Virus record (IMG/VR): IMGVR_UViG_3300048901_000236
Span: 6,407 to 70,406 of that record
Direction: 5' to 3' (one strand)
Length of the DNA: 64,000 nt
Source: a virus
Taxonomy: Duplodnaviria > Caudoviricetes
Of this stretch, positions 30,539-39,205 are shown one piece after another (the stretch's first letter is position 1; each line of letters begins with the position of its first letter). The translations under genes were made by a program, and so were the position numbers. The notes under the pieces are model-generated. The model saw nothing but the letters and a program-made list of their open reading frames with translations. It made no database searches and was not told the DNA's origin.

Positions 30539-31059
30539 CGTTGATCGAGCAATTTGCGGATTTCTTTAAAATTCAAAACTTTGGTGCGATACCAAATCAG
30601 CCAGAACCAATCGGATTCGACCCGCACATGTTCCGGCGCATTGGCTTTGAATTCCTTGGACTCCCCGGAAAGCTTCGCGCGTAGCAAATAAAACCACCGC
30701 GGCTCGCACAGCACGCAATATTTATCCGCCCAACAAAGCAGTGAGGGTTCTTGTCCATTCAATTTCGCATATTCGCGGGAATGGAATAAAGTGAAATCGT
30801 GGTAGGTATGCGAACCAGTAGTTGAAGACTGATCCGCAAATTGATGGGCCAGTATCGCGCCGAATTCGGGATGCGTCCGTCCTTCTGGGCCGTCGATATT
30901 CGGTTTGCCCCAATAGCCCAAATCATGGACGAAAATACAGATCCATTCTTTGCGCGTGGGCCATACTTTGAACAAACGCCGCCACGCAATGCCGACGGTG
31001 ATTGGATGCCACAGAAATTGATGAACACCGAATAGGACAGATTTGGTTCCAATTTTCAT
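30535..31059 (-). CDS. HD-domain-like phage protein
   Basis: VHQFLWH...VHDLGY...HPE...FHSR...WADK; ATGA-coupled to NUDIX. Confidence 0.5.
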   Translation of the reverse strand: MKIGTKSVLFGVHQFLWHPITVGIAWRRLFKVWPTRKEWICIFVHDLGYWGKPNIDGPEGRTHPEFGAILAHQFADQSSTTGSHTYHDFTLFHSREYAKLNGQEPSLLCWADKYCVLCEPRWFYLLRAKLSGESKEFKANAPEHVRVESDWFWLIWYRTKVLNFKEIRKLLDQR

Positions 31060-31511
31060 AAAACGCGACTCGGCATCTGTTGAATGTTTAAGGGAAATCC
31101 CGAAAAATTTTCTAGCGCTGCTTCTGCCATGGGAATTAGCCATGCGAGATTATTCATCGATTCTTCACACCATACACTATCCACTCGGATGCTCACAACT
31201 TCTTCTTCAGTTTTTGTAACGGCGGTCTTGAACCGATCCCAGGTAAGATTTGCGGCATAGCAATACACCACGGCATACGGAAAAGCCATTACGGCGAATT
31301 GAGTCCATTCGGATTCATCGGTTTCAATTCCGCACTCCTCCTTGAATTCCCGGGTCATGGCGGAAAGTGAGCGCTCGTTGGGCTCAATTTTTCCGCCGAT
31401 CCCATTCGCCAATCCTTTCATCCAGGCTGGTTTTGTTTTACGAATCAATAAGACTCGTTTTCCGCCATTGAAATCATGGCCAAAGGCAAACCCTAAAACG
31501 TAGTAGATCAT
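31056..31511 (-). CDS. NUDIX hydrolase
   Basis: Nudix box GGKIEPNERSLSAMTREFKEECGI. Confidence 0.88.
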   Translation of the reverse strand: MIYYVLGFAFGHDFNGGKRVLLIRKTKPAWMKGLANGIGGKIEPNERSLSAMTREFKEECGIETDESEWTQFAVMAFPYAVVYCYAANLTWDRFKTAVTKTEEEVVSIRVDSVWCEESMNNLAWLIPMAEAALENFSGFPLNIQQMPSRVL

Positions 31512-32044
31512 TCGCGGATCAGATCAGTGGTTGGTATCGGCGGAGCCGCGGGCCGCAGAATTCCGTTCTCGATTGCCCAGTCGCGAAGCTTTGCATGATA
31601 CTCCTCCAAGGTGCCGCTATTGCAAAGAGTATCGTCGCAATCTTGGGGGCCGAAAGTAACTGTAGGATCATACGGAATCCCCGGTCGGCTAATCCACACA
31701 ATGCGATCAAAAACTTTTTCTCGGCGTGCGGCGTCCAATTCAATCTTGTCACGACAGCCCGCAATTATGCCCCGTCCTTTGGATCCGGAATGCCATAACG
31801 CAATCCCAATCAGGCGCAGCGGATCATTCTTGCGGAGATCATCACAGATTTGCTTCCATTCCATTCGGCGCTGATGTCGAGTCTCCCAGGCGACCTGGGG
31901 ATGAATGCCGAGAATCTTGGCGACAAGTTCCTTGGCCGCCCAGCTCGTGGAGCCGGCGTATGGGATTGTCGAGATGCTGCCGAGATATTCGGCCCCGGCA
32001 TCTTTGCCGGCGCGGCCCCAGCCCACAAAAAGAATTCGATTCAT
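31508..32044 (-). CDS. deoxynucleoside monophosphate kinase-like P-loop protein
   Basis: ILFVGWGRAGKD, downstream CRD..E...IVWISRPG. Confidence 0.72.
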   Translation of the reverse strand: MNRILFVGWGRAGKDAGAEYLGSISTIPYAGSTSWAAKELVAKILGIHPQVAWETRHQRRMEWKQICDDLRKNDPLRLIGIALWHSGSKGRGIIAGCRDKIELDAARREKVFDRIVWISRPGIPYDPTVTFGPQDCDDTLCNSGTLEEYHAKLRDWAIENGILRPAAPPIPTTDLIRE

Positions 32045-32247
32045 AGGTCAGCGATGAAGCGCGAGATCAACCCATTCCTTAAACCACGGTTCCGACGCCC
32101 AGGCCGGATTGTCTGCCGGTATGAAACCCATCGGCAGTTCGGTGGAAGTGTTTTGTTTTCCGATGGAGTCATCGGGTAAGGGGATCCAATTCCATTCTCC
32201 AACAGTAGCTCCTGTATATCCTGTCGGTGTGATTCGAGGGTTATCAT
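32041..32247 (-). CDS. small hypothetical protein (overlapping frame 32048-32305 is an alternative)
   Basis: ATGA overlap with the kinase start; real frame uncertain. Confidence 0.3.
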   Translation of the reverse strand: MITLESHRQDIQELLLENGIGSPYPMTPSENKTLPPNCRWVSYRQTIRPGRRNRGLRNGLISRFIADL

Positions 32248-32310
32248 GAGGAAGTTCCGGTGATGGCATTGTCGTTGTTCGGTTCATCGCCATGCGGGCG
32301 ATCATCCTCG

Positions 32311-32763
32311 TTATTCATTCAATCCAGTTCGCACGGTGATCTCGGCGTTCACCTGCTTCAGAATTCCGAGTTGATGAATTTGTTCGGCCTCAACGGGGGG
32401 ACTAAATTTGGAATCCGGCGACATCTTTGCCAAAATATATTTGGCGGTTGCTGCGCGGCGCGCAGATTGCGCGCGACGGCGCAACAATTGATGAATCGTC
32501 AGCCGCTGGAGTTTCAGCGCGAGTTTGACCGCGGGATCGATGGGCGGCGTCTGCGGGCGCAAAAGAAGATGCTCCAGGCCGGCCTTGAGCACGCGACGGT
32601 TCCGGCCGCCGCACTTCTGTTTAGGATCAGTCAGCGCTTGCACCAACACCGCGGCCGGCACGTTGGAGATCCGGCGTATCCGGTCGCACGATTGGGGACG
32701 ATTGTTGATGACGTCCGCGATGGCGGAGGGGTCGAGGTTTTCAGGATTCAGTTTATTTTTCAT
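32311..32763 (-). CDS. basic hypothetical protein
   Basis: 150-aa ORF with A/C-rich upstream context. Confidence 0.55.
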   Translation of the reverse strand: MKNKLNPENLDPSAIADVINNRPQSCDRIRRISNVPAAVLVQALTDPKQKCGGRNRRVLKAGLEHLLLRPQTPPIDPAVKLALKLQRLTIHQLLRRRAQSARRAATAKYILAKMSPDSKFSPPVEAEQIHQLGILKQVNAEITVRTGLNE

Positions 32764-32786
32764 TGTTGATGGTTTGATTAAGTGAG

Positions 32787-32856
32787 CGATTCCGGCAGGT
32801 CTCGCACCTGCGTTTCCGCGCTAAAACCGCGGCGTCTTGAATGAAACGACGGAACC
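32787..32856 (-). tRNA. atypical tRNA-Lys(UUU), 70 nt, no encoded CCA
   Basis: GGTTCCG/CGGAATC acceptor stem; GTTT/AGAC D stem; CCGCG-GTTTTAG-CGCGG anticodon arm; 4-nt variable loop; GCAGG-TGCGAGA-CCTGC T arm; starts 7 nt after a -10 box. Confidence 0.7.
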
Positions 32857-32863
32857 ATAAGAT

Positions 32864-32891
32864 AGCCTACCACACTCGGCGCGATTGTCAA
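32864..32891 (-). promoter_or_regulatory. sigma70-like promoter (class I) for the tRNA
   Basis: TTGACA-N16-TAGGCT preceded by TGTGG. Confidence 0.7.
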
Positions 32892-32893
32892 AT

Positions 32894-33001
32894 TCACTTC
32901 CAATCGGATCGGCCAATCGTGATCGCGTAGGCAATGCCGATGCCGACGCAGAATACGCCAATTGTTCCGAACATCCAGAGAGCGAGATCAAGAAGATTCA
33001 T
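32894..33001 (-). CDS. small single-TM membrane protein (35 aa)
   Basis: MNLLDLALWMFGTIGVFCVGIGIAYAITIGRSDWK; ATGA-coupled. Confidence 0.5.
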   Translation of the reverse strand: MNLLDLALWMFGTIGVFCVGIGIAYAITIGRSDWK

Positions 33002-33756
33002 GATTTGATGAAGTAAAGATCGATATTCTTGGCGGAATCCCCCAGCAATTGATTGAGGATTCCAGGCAATTCTTCCGCCAATCTCGTCGTGGTGATTTGT
33101 TCAGAAAAATTAATGGTGGCCGGACCGGTTAACGGCTTGAGAGTCACGCTGAAAACCGACTTCGCCCGCAAATGGCGAAGAATAATGGAATGCGGCTCGC
33201 CCTCGAACGAAAGACGGCCGACCAGACGGGACGCCTCATACTCGGACTTGTCGGGAAAAAGCTGGCGAATCGTTAACCCCGCCGGGACGGGTATAGCCTG
33301 GGCGGCGGTCCCGGCCCGCGGAGAAATCTTTCCGCTGACGCGGACAATGTGGTTCTTTGGCGCGTTGGGAAACTGCCGGCGGACTTCGGCCCAGGCTGCG
33401 GCCACGTCGCCCTGTGGCGAGCCAGTGCAGGCGACTTCGATCTTGACATTGGTATGCGCGCCAGGAGCCGCCCCCTTCTTGACCGCGAAAACCGCGATAT
33501 ATACATGTAATGCCGGATCGCCGACTGGCGCGGCCGGGGACGTTTCACGGGCCGGCGTGCCAGTCACATAGTGATCGCTGTCGTTGACAACGGGGACGTG
33601 AGTCGGAGCAGCGGGGGCTTGCCCAGGGAGCCCCGGCTTCGCGGGCTCGAACGAATCGATGCCGATAGACGACAGAGATGGCTCGATTGACGGACGCTGT
33701 GCGCGTGCGAGAGCCGGCGGAAGAATTGGTGCGGTGGGGTCAGGAATGTTTTTCAT
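32998..33756 (-). CDS. hypothetical protein (Pro-rich N-terminus)
   Basis: 252-aa ORF with its own class II motif. Confidence 0.55.
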   Translation of the reverse strand: MKNIPDPTAPILPPALARAQRPSIEPSLSSIGIDSFEPAKPGLPGQAPAAPTHVPVVNDSDHYVTGTPARETSPAAPVGDPALHVYIAVFAVKKGAAPGAHTNVKIEVACTGSPQGDVAAAWAEVRRQFPNAPKNHIVRVSGKISPRAGTAAQAIPVPAGLTIRQLFPDKSEYEASRLVGRLSFEGEPHSIILRHLRAKSVFSVTLKPLTGPATINFSEQITTTRLAEELPGILNQLLGDSAKNIDLYFIKS

Positions 33757-34484
33757 GATACTAAGGTTGCGGTTCTAGTCGGGTCGTCACAAATCCGGTA
33801 TTTCTCCTGGTATTCAAATCTTCGTAATATAGATACAATCGTTTGGGGGGAGATAAATTTGCCCTTCACCGGCTTCGGCAGCGATCTCGCCTGTCCGAAG
33901 TTCAGACGATAAGCGATCTTCCGGATGGATACGCCGGCCCGGTGTTTGAAAATGACGTATCGCACCGTGGGCTCGTCTTCGGGCGCGTAGCCGAACCCGG
34001 CCGGACCGCCGCAATGCTTCCCAGTCTCGGCCTTCTTGCGGCGGCGGCCGGCCTGGAGCTTCATGACGATCTGACTCTTGTCCCACTCAGCGAGTGCGCC
34101 GAGAATCTGCCGGATTAGTTTGCGCGTCGGATCCGCATCAGACATGACCAGCTCCTCGCCGGAATCGGCCGCGTAGACTTTGATGTTGCGCTTGCGGCAT
34201 TCCCGGAAAAAAAGCTCCGATACAATCAGGTCGCGCGCGATTCGGTCCGCGCGTTCGACGATAATAGTATCGACGCCTATTTGCGGGGTGCATAGTCCGA
34301 TGGCTTCCGTGAGCAGCGGCCGGTCAATCTGGTCGACAGATCCCGAAACATTCTCTTCAAATACGCGCGCCACGCTCCAGCCCTTTGCTGACGCGAATGC
34401 TTTGCAAGTGTCCTTCTGCCGGTCCAGCCCAGAACCGTCGAGTTGCTGGCCGGAGCTGACGCGCGTATAAACGAAGACGTTCAT
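33753..34484 (-). CDS. serine recombinase (resolvase/invertase family)
   Basis: YTRVSS catalytic Ser, FEENVSGS..RP, DRIAR, ILGALAEW..; short C-terminal helical domain. Confidence 0.9.
   Translation of the reverse strand: MNVFVYTRVSSGQQLDGSGLDRQKDTCKAFASAKGWSVARVFEENVSGSVDQIDRPLLTEAIGLCTPQIGVDTIIVERADRIARDLIVSELFFRECRKRNIKVYAADSGEELVMSDADPTRKLIRQILGALAEWDKSQIVMKLQAGRRRKKAETGKHCGGPAGFGYAPEDEPTVRYVIFKHRAGVSIRKIAYRLNFGQARSLPKPVKGKFISPQTIVSILRRFEYQEKYRICDDPTRTATLVS
33763..33790 (-). promoter_or_regulatory. class II promoter-like motif
   Basis: GTGACGA-N15-AACCTT, 6 nt before ATG 33756. Confidence 0.55.
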
Positions 34485-34723
34485 CGGGAATCCGTGCCAT
34501 CGTAATTTGGCTGGTGATCAGGCTGGACCAAACCCTTTGCTTTTTCCACTTTGGCTTCGAGCCGCGCAATGTGGCGTTCCAGGACTTTTTTCGAGGCATC
34601 ATATCCTTCGCGGGCGGCATCGACGGAACCGCCGACGCCTTGGTCCTCGGCCCAGCCGTGCTGCTTCGCGGCATCTCCAAAATCATCGATGATTGTTTGG
34701 GACCGTTTGGACAATTTGTTCAC
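34481..34723 (-). CDS. small hypothetical protein
   Basis: 80 aa, overlap-coupled. Confidence 0.5.
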   Translation of the reverse strand: MNKLSKRSQTIIDDFGDAAKQHGWAEDQGVGGSVDAAREGYDASKKVLERHIARLEAKVEKAKGLVQPDHQPNYDGTDSR

Positions 34724-34848
34724 GCGCGATTCCTCCCCACCGACTGGGTGATTTTAGCAGCCGACGCGGCCACCTTGGGTTTTTTGGACCGGCGCAATTG
34801 CCACGCGCCGGGATTGAGCTTGCGTTTGCGTTTCGTGTTTTTGTTCAT
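34720..34848 (-). CDS. very basic 42-aa peptide
   Basis: MNKNTKRKRKLNPGAWQLRRSKKPK...; start/stop overlaps at both ends. Confidence 0.5.
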   Translation of the reverse strand: MNKNTKRKRKLNPGAWQLRRSKKPKVAASAAKITQSVGRNRA

Positions 34849-35057
34849 AGACGAATGATTCTAGTGGTTTCAGTTTTGGTGACTTGGACTTCGATTTCAA
34901 GTTTCAATTTCGGCTGAAAACTAAGCGTATTCTTCGCAAAATTCCGCGCGGCTTCTTCGGCCTTCGATCCCCAATCTTTCGAATCGAAAATTCCCAACAG
35001 ACTACGGGGGCCATTCTCCGGGGTCTCAATCGCTATCACGCGAAATTCAGTTTTCAT
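34845..35057 (-). CDS. small hypothetical protein
   Basis: 70 aa downstream of a class I promoter. Confidence 0.55.
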   Translation of the reverse strand: MKTEFRVIAIETPENGPRSLLGIFDSKDWGSKAEEAARNFAKNTLSFQPKLKLEIEVQVTKTETTRIIRL

Positions 35058-35068
35058 AGTAATGATTT

Positions 35069-35097
35069 AGCTTATCGTTAATTTCCCGGATTGTCAA
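35069..35097 (-). promoter_or_regulatory. sigma70-like promoter (class I)
   Basis: TTGACA-N17-TAAGCT, 11 nt before ATG 35057. Confidence 0.6.
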
Positions 35098-35320
35098 ATC
35101 GGGTCAATTCCGATTCATACTGCGCCTCGTGTCGCGCCCGCATGTCGGCATAGCTTCGCATGATGGCCTCGCCAAAGCGGTTTCGGCAAAGCGTTTTGAC
35201 GCCGTCAACTTCGACGACGATATATGGAACCGTCGTCTCGGGATATCGCCGCAGCAGTTCCCGTTGAAATCGGGCCCGACGCGCGGCGTGAGCAATTCGG
35301 ATTCTTTCCAGGGTAGTCAT
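35078..35320 (-). CDS. small hypothetical protein
   Basis: MTTLERIRIAHAARRARF... Confidence 0.5.
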   Translation of the reverse strand: MTTLERIRIAHAARRARFQRELLRRYPETTVPYIVVEVDGVKTLCRNRFGEAIMRSYADMRARHEAQYESELTRFDNPGN

Positions 35321-35327
35321 AATAAAT

Positions 35328-35735
35328 TCAATCTCGGACGCAGGCAAAAATCACCGCCACGTCAATCAGTTTACCGTCGGGAAGCTCAAAAAGCACGGAG
35401 CTGGTGAACCCACGAAAACGACGTCCGCCCAGGGATACCTGCCCCTCCAATTGGTGCCCGGACTCGCGGAGATTCGTTAACGTCCGGGCCGGCCAAAATT
35501 GGGTGCGCTGGCGGCAGTTGATAGAATCTTCGGCCCAGACGGTGTGCATCGTGATGGCGCGGTATTTGCGAATCCCCCAATCTTGCCAGGATCCGGCCCG
35601 TTGGATTAATCCACATTTTTTGCCGGCCTCGATCTCGGCGTCGGTCACCCCCAGCGCGTGAACCTGTTCGAGCGTGGCCGGGAACGCGCCGGCAGGCATG
35701 TTGCTGTCGATGACGGGAGTCGGTAAATTGTTCAT
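35328..35735 (-). CDS. hypothetical protein
   Basis: MNNLPTPVIDS...; start chosen downstream of the 35752 stop. Confidence 0.5.
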   Translation of the reverse strand: MNNLPTPVIDSNMPAGAFPATLEQVHALGVTDAEIEAGKKCGLIQRAGSWQDWGIRKYRAITMHTVWAEDSINCRQRTQFWPARTLTNLRESGHQLEGQVSLGGRRFRGFTSSVLFELPDGKLIDVAVIFACVRD

Positions 35736-35751
35736 GGGGGTTGGTTCCCGT

Positions 35752-35907
35752 TCAAAACCCGCAGGCCGCCAGGAAACGCGCGCGGTCAAACCGGGCGTTG
35801 AACTGAAGGGCGACGGAACAGAAGACGTCGGCGGCCACCTGGGCGGCGGCACGGTCGGTGAGGTTTTTGATTTCGGAGGCTGCGGCGATGAAATGTTGTT
35901 TTGTCAT
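35752..35907 (-). CDS. small conserved-type phage protein (51 aa)
   Basis: MTKQHF...F...NARFDRARFLAACG pattern; leaderless after class I promoter. Confidence 0.65.
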   Translation of the reverse strand: MTKQHFIAAASEIKNLTDRAAAQVAADVFCSVALQFNARFDRARFLAACGF

Positions 35908-35912
35908 GCCAC

Positions 35913-35940
35913 AATCTACCACTCCGGCATGTAAGCGCAA
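35913..35940 (-). promoter_or_regulatory. sigma70-like promoter (class I), probably leaderless
   Basis: TTGCGC-N16-TAGATT preceded by GTGG; ATG 5 nt downstream. Confidence 0.55.
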
Positions 35941-35974
35941 GGGGCAACTACTACGGGGAAAAAGACCGGGGAAA

Positions 35975-36169
35975 CTACTTAGGCTTGTAGACCCGCCAGC
36001 CCATGAATTCAAACGTTGGCGGACAGGTGGGCGGATCTCTTGGCGCGGAAAAATCCGTGCGCCAGACGACGTTCGATTGGATGAACCGATCGGCCCGGTG
36101 AACGGCGTTCACGAATTCGGCCCAGTCCGCCGGCGGTGGCGTCGGTTCAGGGGAATAGGAAATACTCAC
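35975..36169 (-). CDS. small hypothetical protein
   Basis: GTGA overlap with the upstream stop. Confidence 0.4.
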   Translation of the reverse strand: MSISYSPEPTPPPADWAEFVNAVHRADRFIQSNVVWRTDFSAPRDPPTCPPTFEFMGWRVYKPK

Positions 36170-37065
36170 GATGGATTTTGATTCGGCCGCGCGATCCGTT
36201 CGGCGGTTTCCTTGCAAAAGCCGGAGACATACTTCATCACGCGCTCCACGCCGGCATCAAATCCGTTTTTATAGCCGACTTCAATTTTGCGTATGCCCTC
36301 ATTGCAAACTTCGTTCCATTCCGCGCACTTCGCTTCATGATTTTTCCAGGTTTCCTTCAGAACTCTGTTCAACCGATCAATCTCAGATTGGAGATTCAAC
36401 AACCGGTCCGTCAGCCGCGTTCGCTCCTTGATCTCGCCGTCGACGATTTCGGAATACTGACGGTTCTCCGTGCGAAGGTTCGCCACATCCTTTTTCAGCT
36501 CACTGTGCGCCTTGCACAAATCGTCGATCGTGAACAATTGTCCGTCGACGCACGCACGAATATCCCGCACCTTGATTTCTTCGGGGAGAATTTCGATTGG
36601 CTCATTCTGAAACTGTTTGTTCTGCGCGCGGATCTCGACTTCGAGGCTACGGATATAAGTGAGCCGATTTTCGGCGAGCTTGGCATTGTCCTGGGCGATC
36701 TTCCGCCAATGGTCGCGATCGGCCTCGGCCGCGACGAGCAGCGGCCGATCGTTGTCGCCCTTGGCGCCGAGCAAACGCTCAGACAGCTTGCGGATCTGAA
36801 CCGTCTGCAATTCTTCCTCGCCCTTGCCGGGACAGAGCAAGTTGACGATCTTCCGCGCGCAGTCGAACACATTGTTGAAAACGAAGTCCGGAACAGTTGC
36901 AACGGGAAACCCGTTATAGTAATGTAGGAAAATCGCCCAGCCGTTTTTCGTCGATTCGACGTGTAGCCGTGCCACCGGCAGATCTTTTTTCGGCTTGGAG
37001 ATTTCGTCGATCCGTTGGCTCGCTGCGTTCAATTCGTTGACCACGTTTTGTTTTTCAGGATTCAT
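36166..37065 (-). CDS. coiled-coil hypothetical protein
   Basis: Long heptad-rich Glu/Lys/Leu segments. Confidence 0.6.
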   Translation of the reverse strand: MNPEKQNVVNELNAASQRIDEISKPKKDLPVARLHVESTKNGWAIFLHYYNGFPVATVPDFVFNNVFDCARKIVNLLCPGKGEEELQTVQIRKLSERLLGAKGDNDRPLLVAAEADRDHWRKIAQDNAKLAENRLTYIRSLEVEIRAQNKQFQNEPIEILPEEIKVRDIRACVDGQLFTIDDLCKAHSELKKDVANLRTENRQYSEIVDGEIKERTRLTDRLLNLQSEIDRLNRVLKETWKNHEAKCAEWNEVCNEGIRKIEVGYKNGFDAGVERVMKYVSGFCKETAERIARPNQNPS

Positions 37066-37069
37066 GGGA

Positions 37070-37279
37070 TTATTTGTATTTTTTGACGATTCTTCCACCC
37101 TTGGCGGGCACGAAGCCGGTCGCCGGCGGGGAATTTTTCAGCGCGGCGTCGAAATTGTCTTTGAAAGAATTCGAGAAGCAATTCCGGGGACGTGATCCCT
37201 TACCCGGGGGTCCGGCGAGCCCCAGATCTCGCTGGGTTGGGACATACGGGCGACGGCTTGATTTCTTCGAGAGATGCAT
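37070..37279 (-). CDS. small phage protein
   Basis: GKGSRPRN..S..F..NFD motif. Confidence 0.5.
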   Translation of the reverse strand: MHLSKKSSRRPYVPTQRDLGLAGPPGKGSRPRNCFSNSFKDNFDAALKNSPPATGFVPAKGGRIVKKYK

Positions 37280-37280
37280 A

Positions 37281-37526
37281 TCACTTGCGTTTGCAGAACA
37301 GCCCGATGATCCAGGCAAGAATTCCTATGGCAGCGGCGACGCTCAACAAAACGAGCGGCATCACTACGCAGAGAAGAAACACGACTGCCAAGACGGCCCA
37401 GAACGGCGCGAGCACCAGGGCCCAGGGCCACGAGATGATCCCGCAGAGTTTCAGCGTGATGAAAATGAGCCCCAGCCAACCGGCGAAGCTGATTCCGTGA
37501 TTATGAACAACAGTTTTGTCAGACAT
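37281..37526 (-). CDS. small multi-TM membrane protein
   Basis: GISFAGWLGLIFITLKLCGIISWPWALVLAPFW, a common phage membrane-protein pattern. Confidence 0.7.
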   Translation of the reverse strand: MSDKTVVHNHGISFAGWLGLIFITLKLCGIISWPWALVLAPFWAVLAVVFLLCVVMPLVLLSVAAAIGILAWIIGLFCKRK

Positions 37527-37607
37527 GGGAGTGAGTTTAGGAGATTTCGTGGTTTGATCCAACCACTCGTTTGCCGTTGGATAGCCGGATAAAAACAGTG
37601 GGCTCGT

Positions 37608-38093
37608 TCATATTGTTGGGGGCAGTAACAGCGCGGGCGGCTCTCCCCCCGGGTTATGCCCTGCGCGCCGAGCTTGATCATCGGCTGCCATCTGTTGGAC
37701 CGCTAAATTCACGCTGTTGACCGCATTGCATAGAAGATCAGCCACGGCTGCGTTCTTCGCGACGGCGAGCACCTGCCCGCGGCCATCCACGATAGAACAG
37801 GTCGGAGGGTAGTTTGTGCGCTCGACATATTTCGCCAAAGTGCCGTCCTCGTGTAGATGGAATTCAGTGTTGCCGGCGTGGTCATCTGGCAGTGGCGGGG
37901 CCGGAACCGCGTCGACAACTCGGTTTTCCGTCGGGGTCAGCGCAGCCAGGGGAACGCCGTCGAGTGCTTTGGCTTCGGCCGGGAAAGCCGGGGCGCTAAT
38001 AGTTTTCGGGCCGCCCTGAATGACTGAGGCTTCCGGTTTCAAGAGTAGCGATTTTGGAAAAACTGGTTTTGAGGGTTGATTGTGGTCGCTCAT
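37608..38093 (-). CDS. hypothetical protein
   Basis: 161 aa; 5' end overlaps the HNH gene 3' end by 98 nt. Confidence 0.5.
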   Translation of the reverse strand: MSDHNQPSKPVFPKSLLLKPEASVIQGGPKTISAPAFPAEAKALDGVPLAALTPTENRVVDAVPAPPLPDDHAGNTEFHLHEDGTLAKYVERTNYPPTCSIVDGRGQVLAVAKNAAVADLLCNAVNSVNLAVQQMAADDQARRAGHNPGGEPPALLLPPTI

Positions 38094-38823
38094 ATGGGTT
38101 TGGATCAGGGTTTATGTTTGAACTTTTTCGTAGATTCTCTTCCACAAAAAGAGGTTGAGTATTCGTATAGTGAAAACATTCCCGCTGTTGTGCGGGGTCA
38201 AGCAAATCAAAACTCGCGCACGGACGGCGATGATCGACGTGCCATACCGAACCATAGTTTTCCCAGGACATGCCGGGACGAAATTGAGACTCTAGATGAG
38301 TGCGCCACTGTGCGATTGTGCATCCCAACAACGCTAAAGTAGACGCCGATTTAGAACCTCTCTTTAAGGCGATACGCATCCGGACGCGCAAACTTTTCAG
38401 AAGTCGGAATTTAGGATCTTTTTGCCATCGTCGACGCTGGCCTTCCTTTGCTCTCGCGCATATAAGTTCGCGATTCTTGGAGTGATAGTTAGCCCGGTAG
38501 GCTTTCAACTCTGCCTTGTGATTATTCCGATATTCTGTCTGCTGGGCAAAAAGGCGGCCTTTGTTTTTTGCCCAATGCGCTCGACGAGTCGCCTTAACCC
38601 TATCCAGATGGGACGCACGATATGACGCCTGATATTTCTGTGCTTTCTTTTTATGAGACTGATAATACGCGGATAGATAGGCCTTAATCTTTCCACGATT
38701 CGCGGCCCGATAAGCGGCATGATACTGACGAATCTTCTCCTTATTGGCAACGTTGTAGATTGCCCGATAGGCGATCATATACGCACGTTTTTTTGCCCTT
38801 CGGGCCTCATCACTGGTTTTCAC
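37996..38823 (-). CDS. HNH homing endonuclease (paralog 1)
   Basis: Basic helical repeats, then LLGCTI..WRTHLESQF..GMSWENYG.VWHVDH..PC..FDL.DP.QQ..CFHYTN.QPL..EEN. Confidence 0.88.
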   Translation of the reverse strand: MKTSDEARRAKKRAYMIAYRAIYNVANKEKIRQYHAAYRAANRGKIKAYLSAYYQSHKKKAQKYQASYRASHLDRVKATRRAHWAKNKGRLFAQQTEYRNNHKAELKAYRANYHSKNRELICARAKEGQRRRWQKDPKFRLLKSLRVRMRIALKRGSKSASTLALLGCTIAQWRTHLESQFRPGMSWENYGSVWHVDHRRPCASFDLLDPAQQRECFHYTNTQPLFVEENLRKSSNINPDPNPYERPQSTLKTSFSKIATLETGSLSHSGRPENY

Positions 38824-38832
38824 TGGTGGGAA

Positions 38833-38860
38833 AAAGTTCCTACTTAATAGGACTTGTCAA
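38833..38860 (-). promoter_or_regulatory. class II promoter-like motif upstream of HNH
   Basis: TTGACAA-N15-AACTTT, 9 nt before GTG 38823. Confidence 0.6.
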
Positions 38861-38872
38861 AAACAATTGCAT

Positions 38873-39205
38873 TCACAGAACAACGCGAGTCGGCGGCGTG
38901 TGTTTATCATGCGGATATAGCACGAGCGGGAAAGAGAAAACAGATACTTCCTCGTCGGCATCATACCGAATCATGAATAGATACGCGGATCCCGGCGTCA
39001 GTCCACGATACATTAGTGTCTTTTCGCCCGTAACTGTTTCAACCGGCTCCCGAAAAAGCACGTCAATCCTGGACGGCCCGGCGATGATCTCTATAGCTTC
39101 TGGAAAATGCCGGCCAACAGCCCGGGCAATCGGGCAGCGCCGACAATCCGCCCGCTCTCCATACGCGATGTCTTCAAACGTGACGTCGACAGTGATAGAT
39201 TTCAT
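38873..39205 (-). CDS. hypothetical protein
   Basis: ITVDVT.EDI..G...CRRCPIARAV pattern; ATGA-coupled. Confidence 0.55.
   Translation of the reverse strand: MKSITVDVTFEDIAYGERADCRRCPIARAVGRHFPEAIEIIAGPSRIDVLFREPVETVTGEKTLMYRGLTPGSAYLFMIRYDADEEVSVFSFPLVLYPHDKHTPPTRVVL

Noticed and set aside
33753-34484. Serine recombinase as an IS607-type transposase or invertible-region system
   Set aside because: No N-terminal MerR-like HTH, no adjacent TnpB, and no inverted repeats flanking a fibre segment were seen.
35941-35980. Direct repeat GGGG(C/A)AACTACT twice near a class I promoter
   Set aside because: Only two short copies; could be an operator but chance cannot be excluded without statistics.
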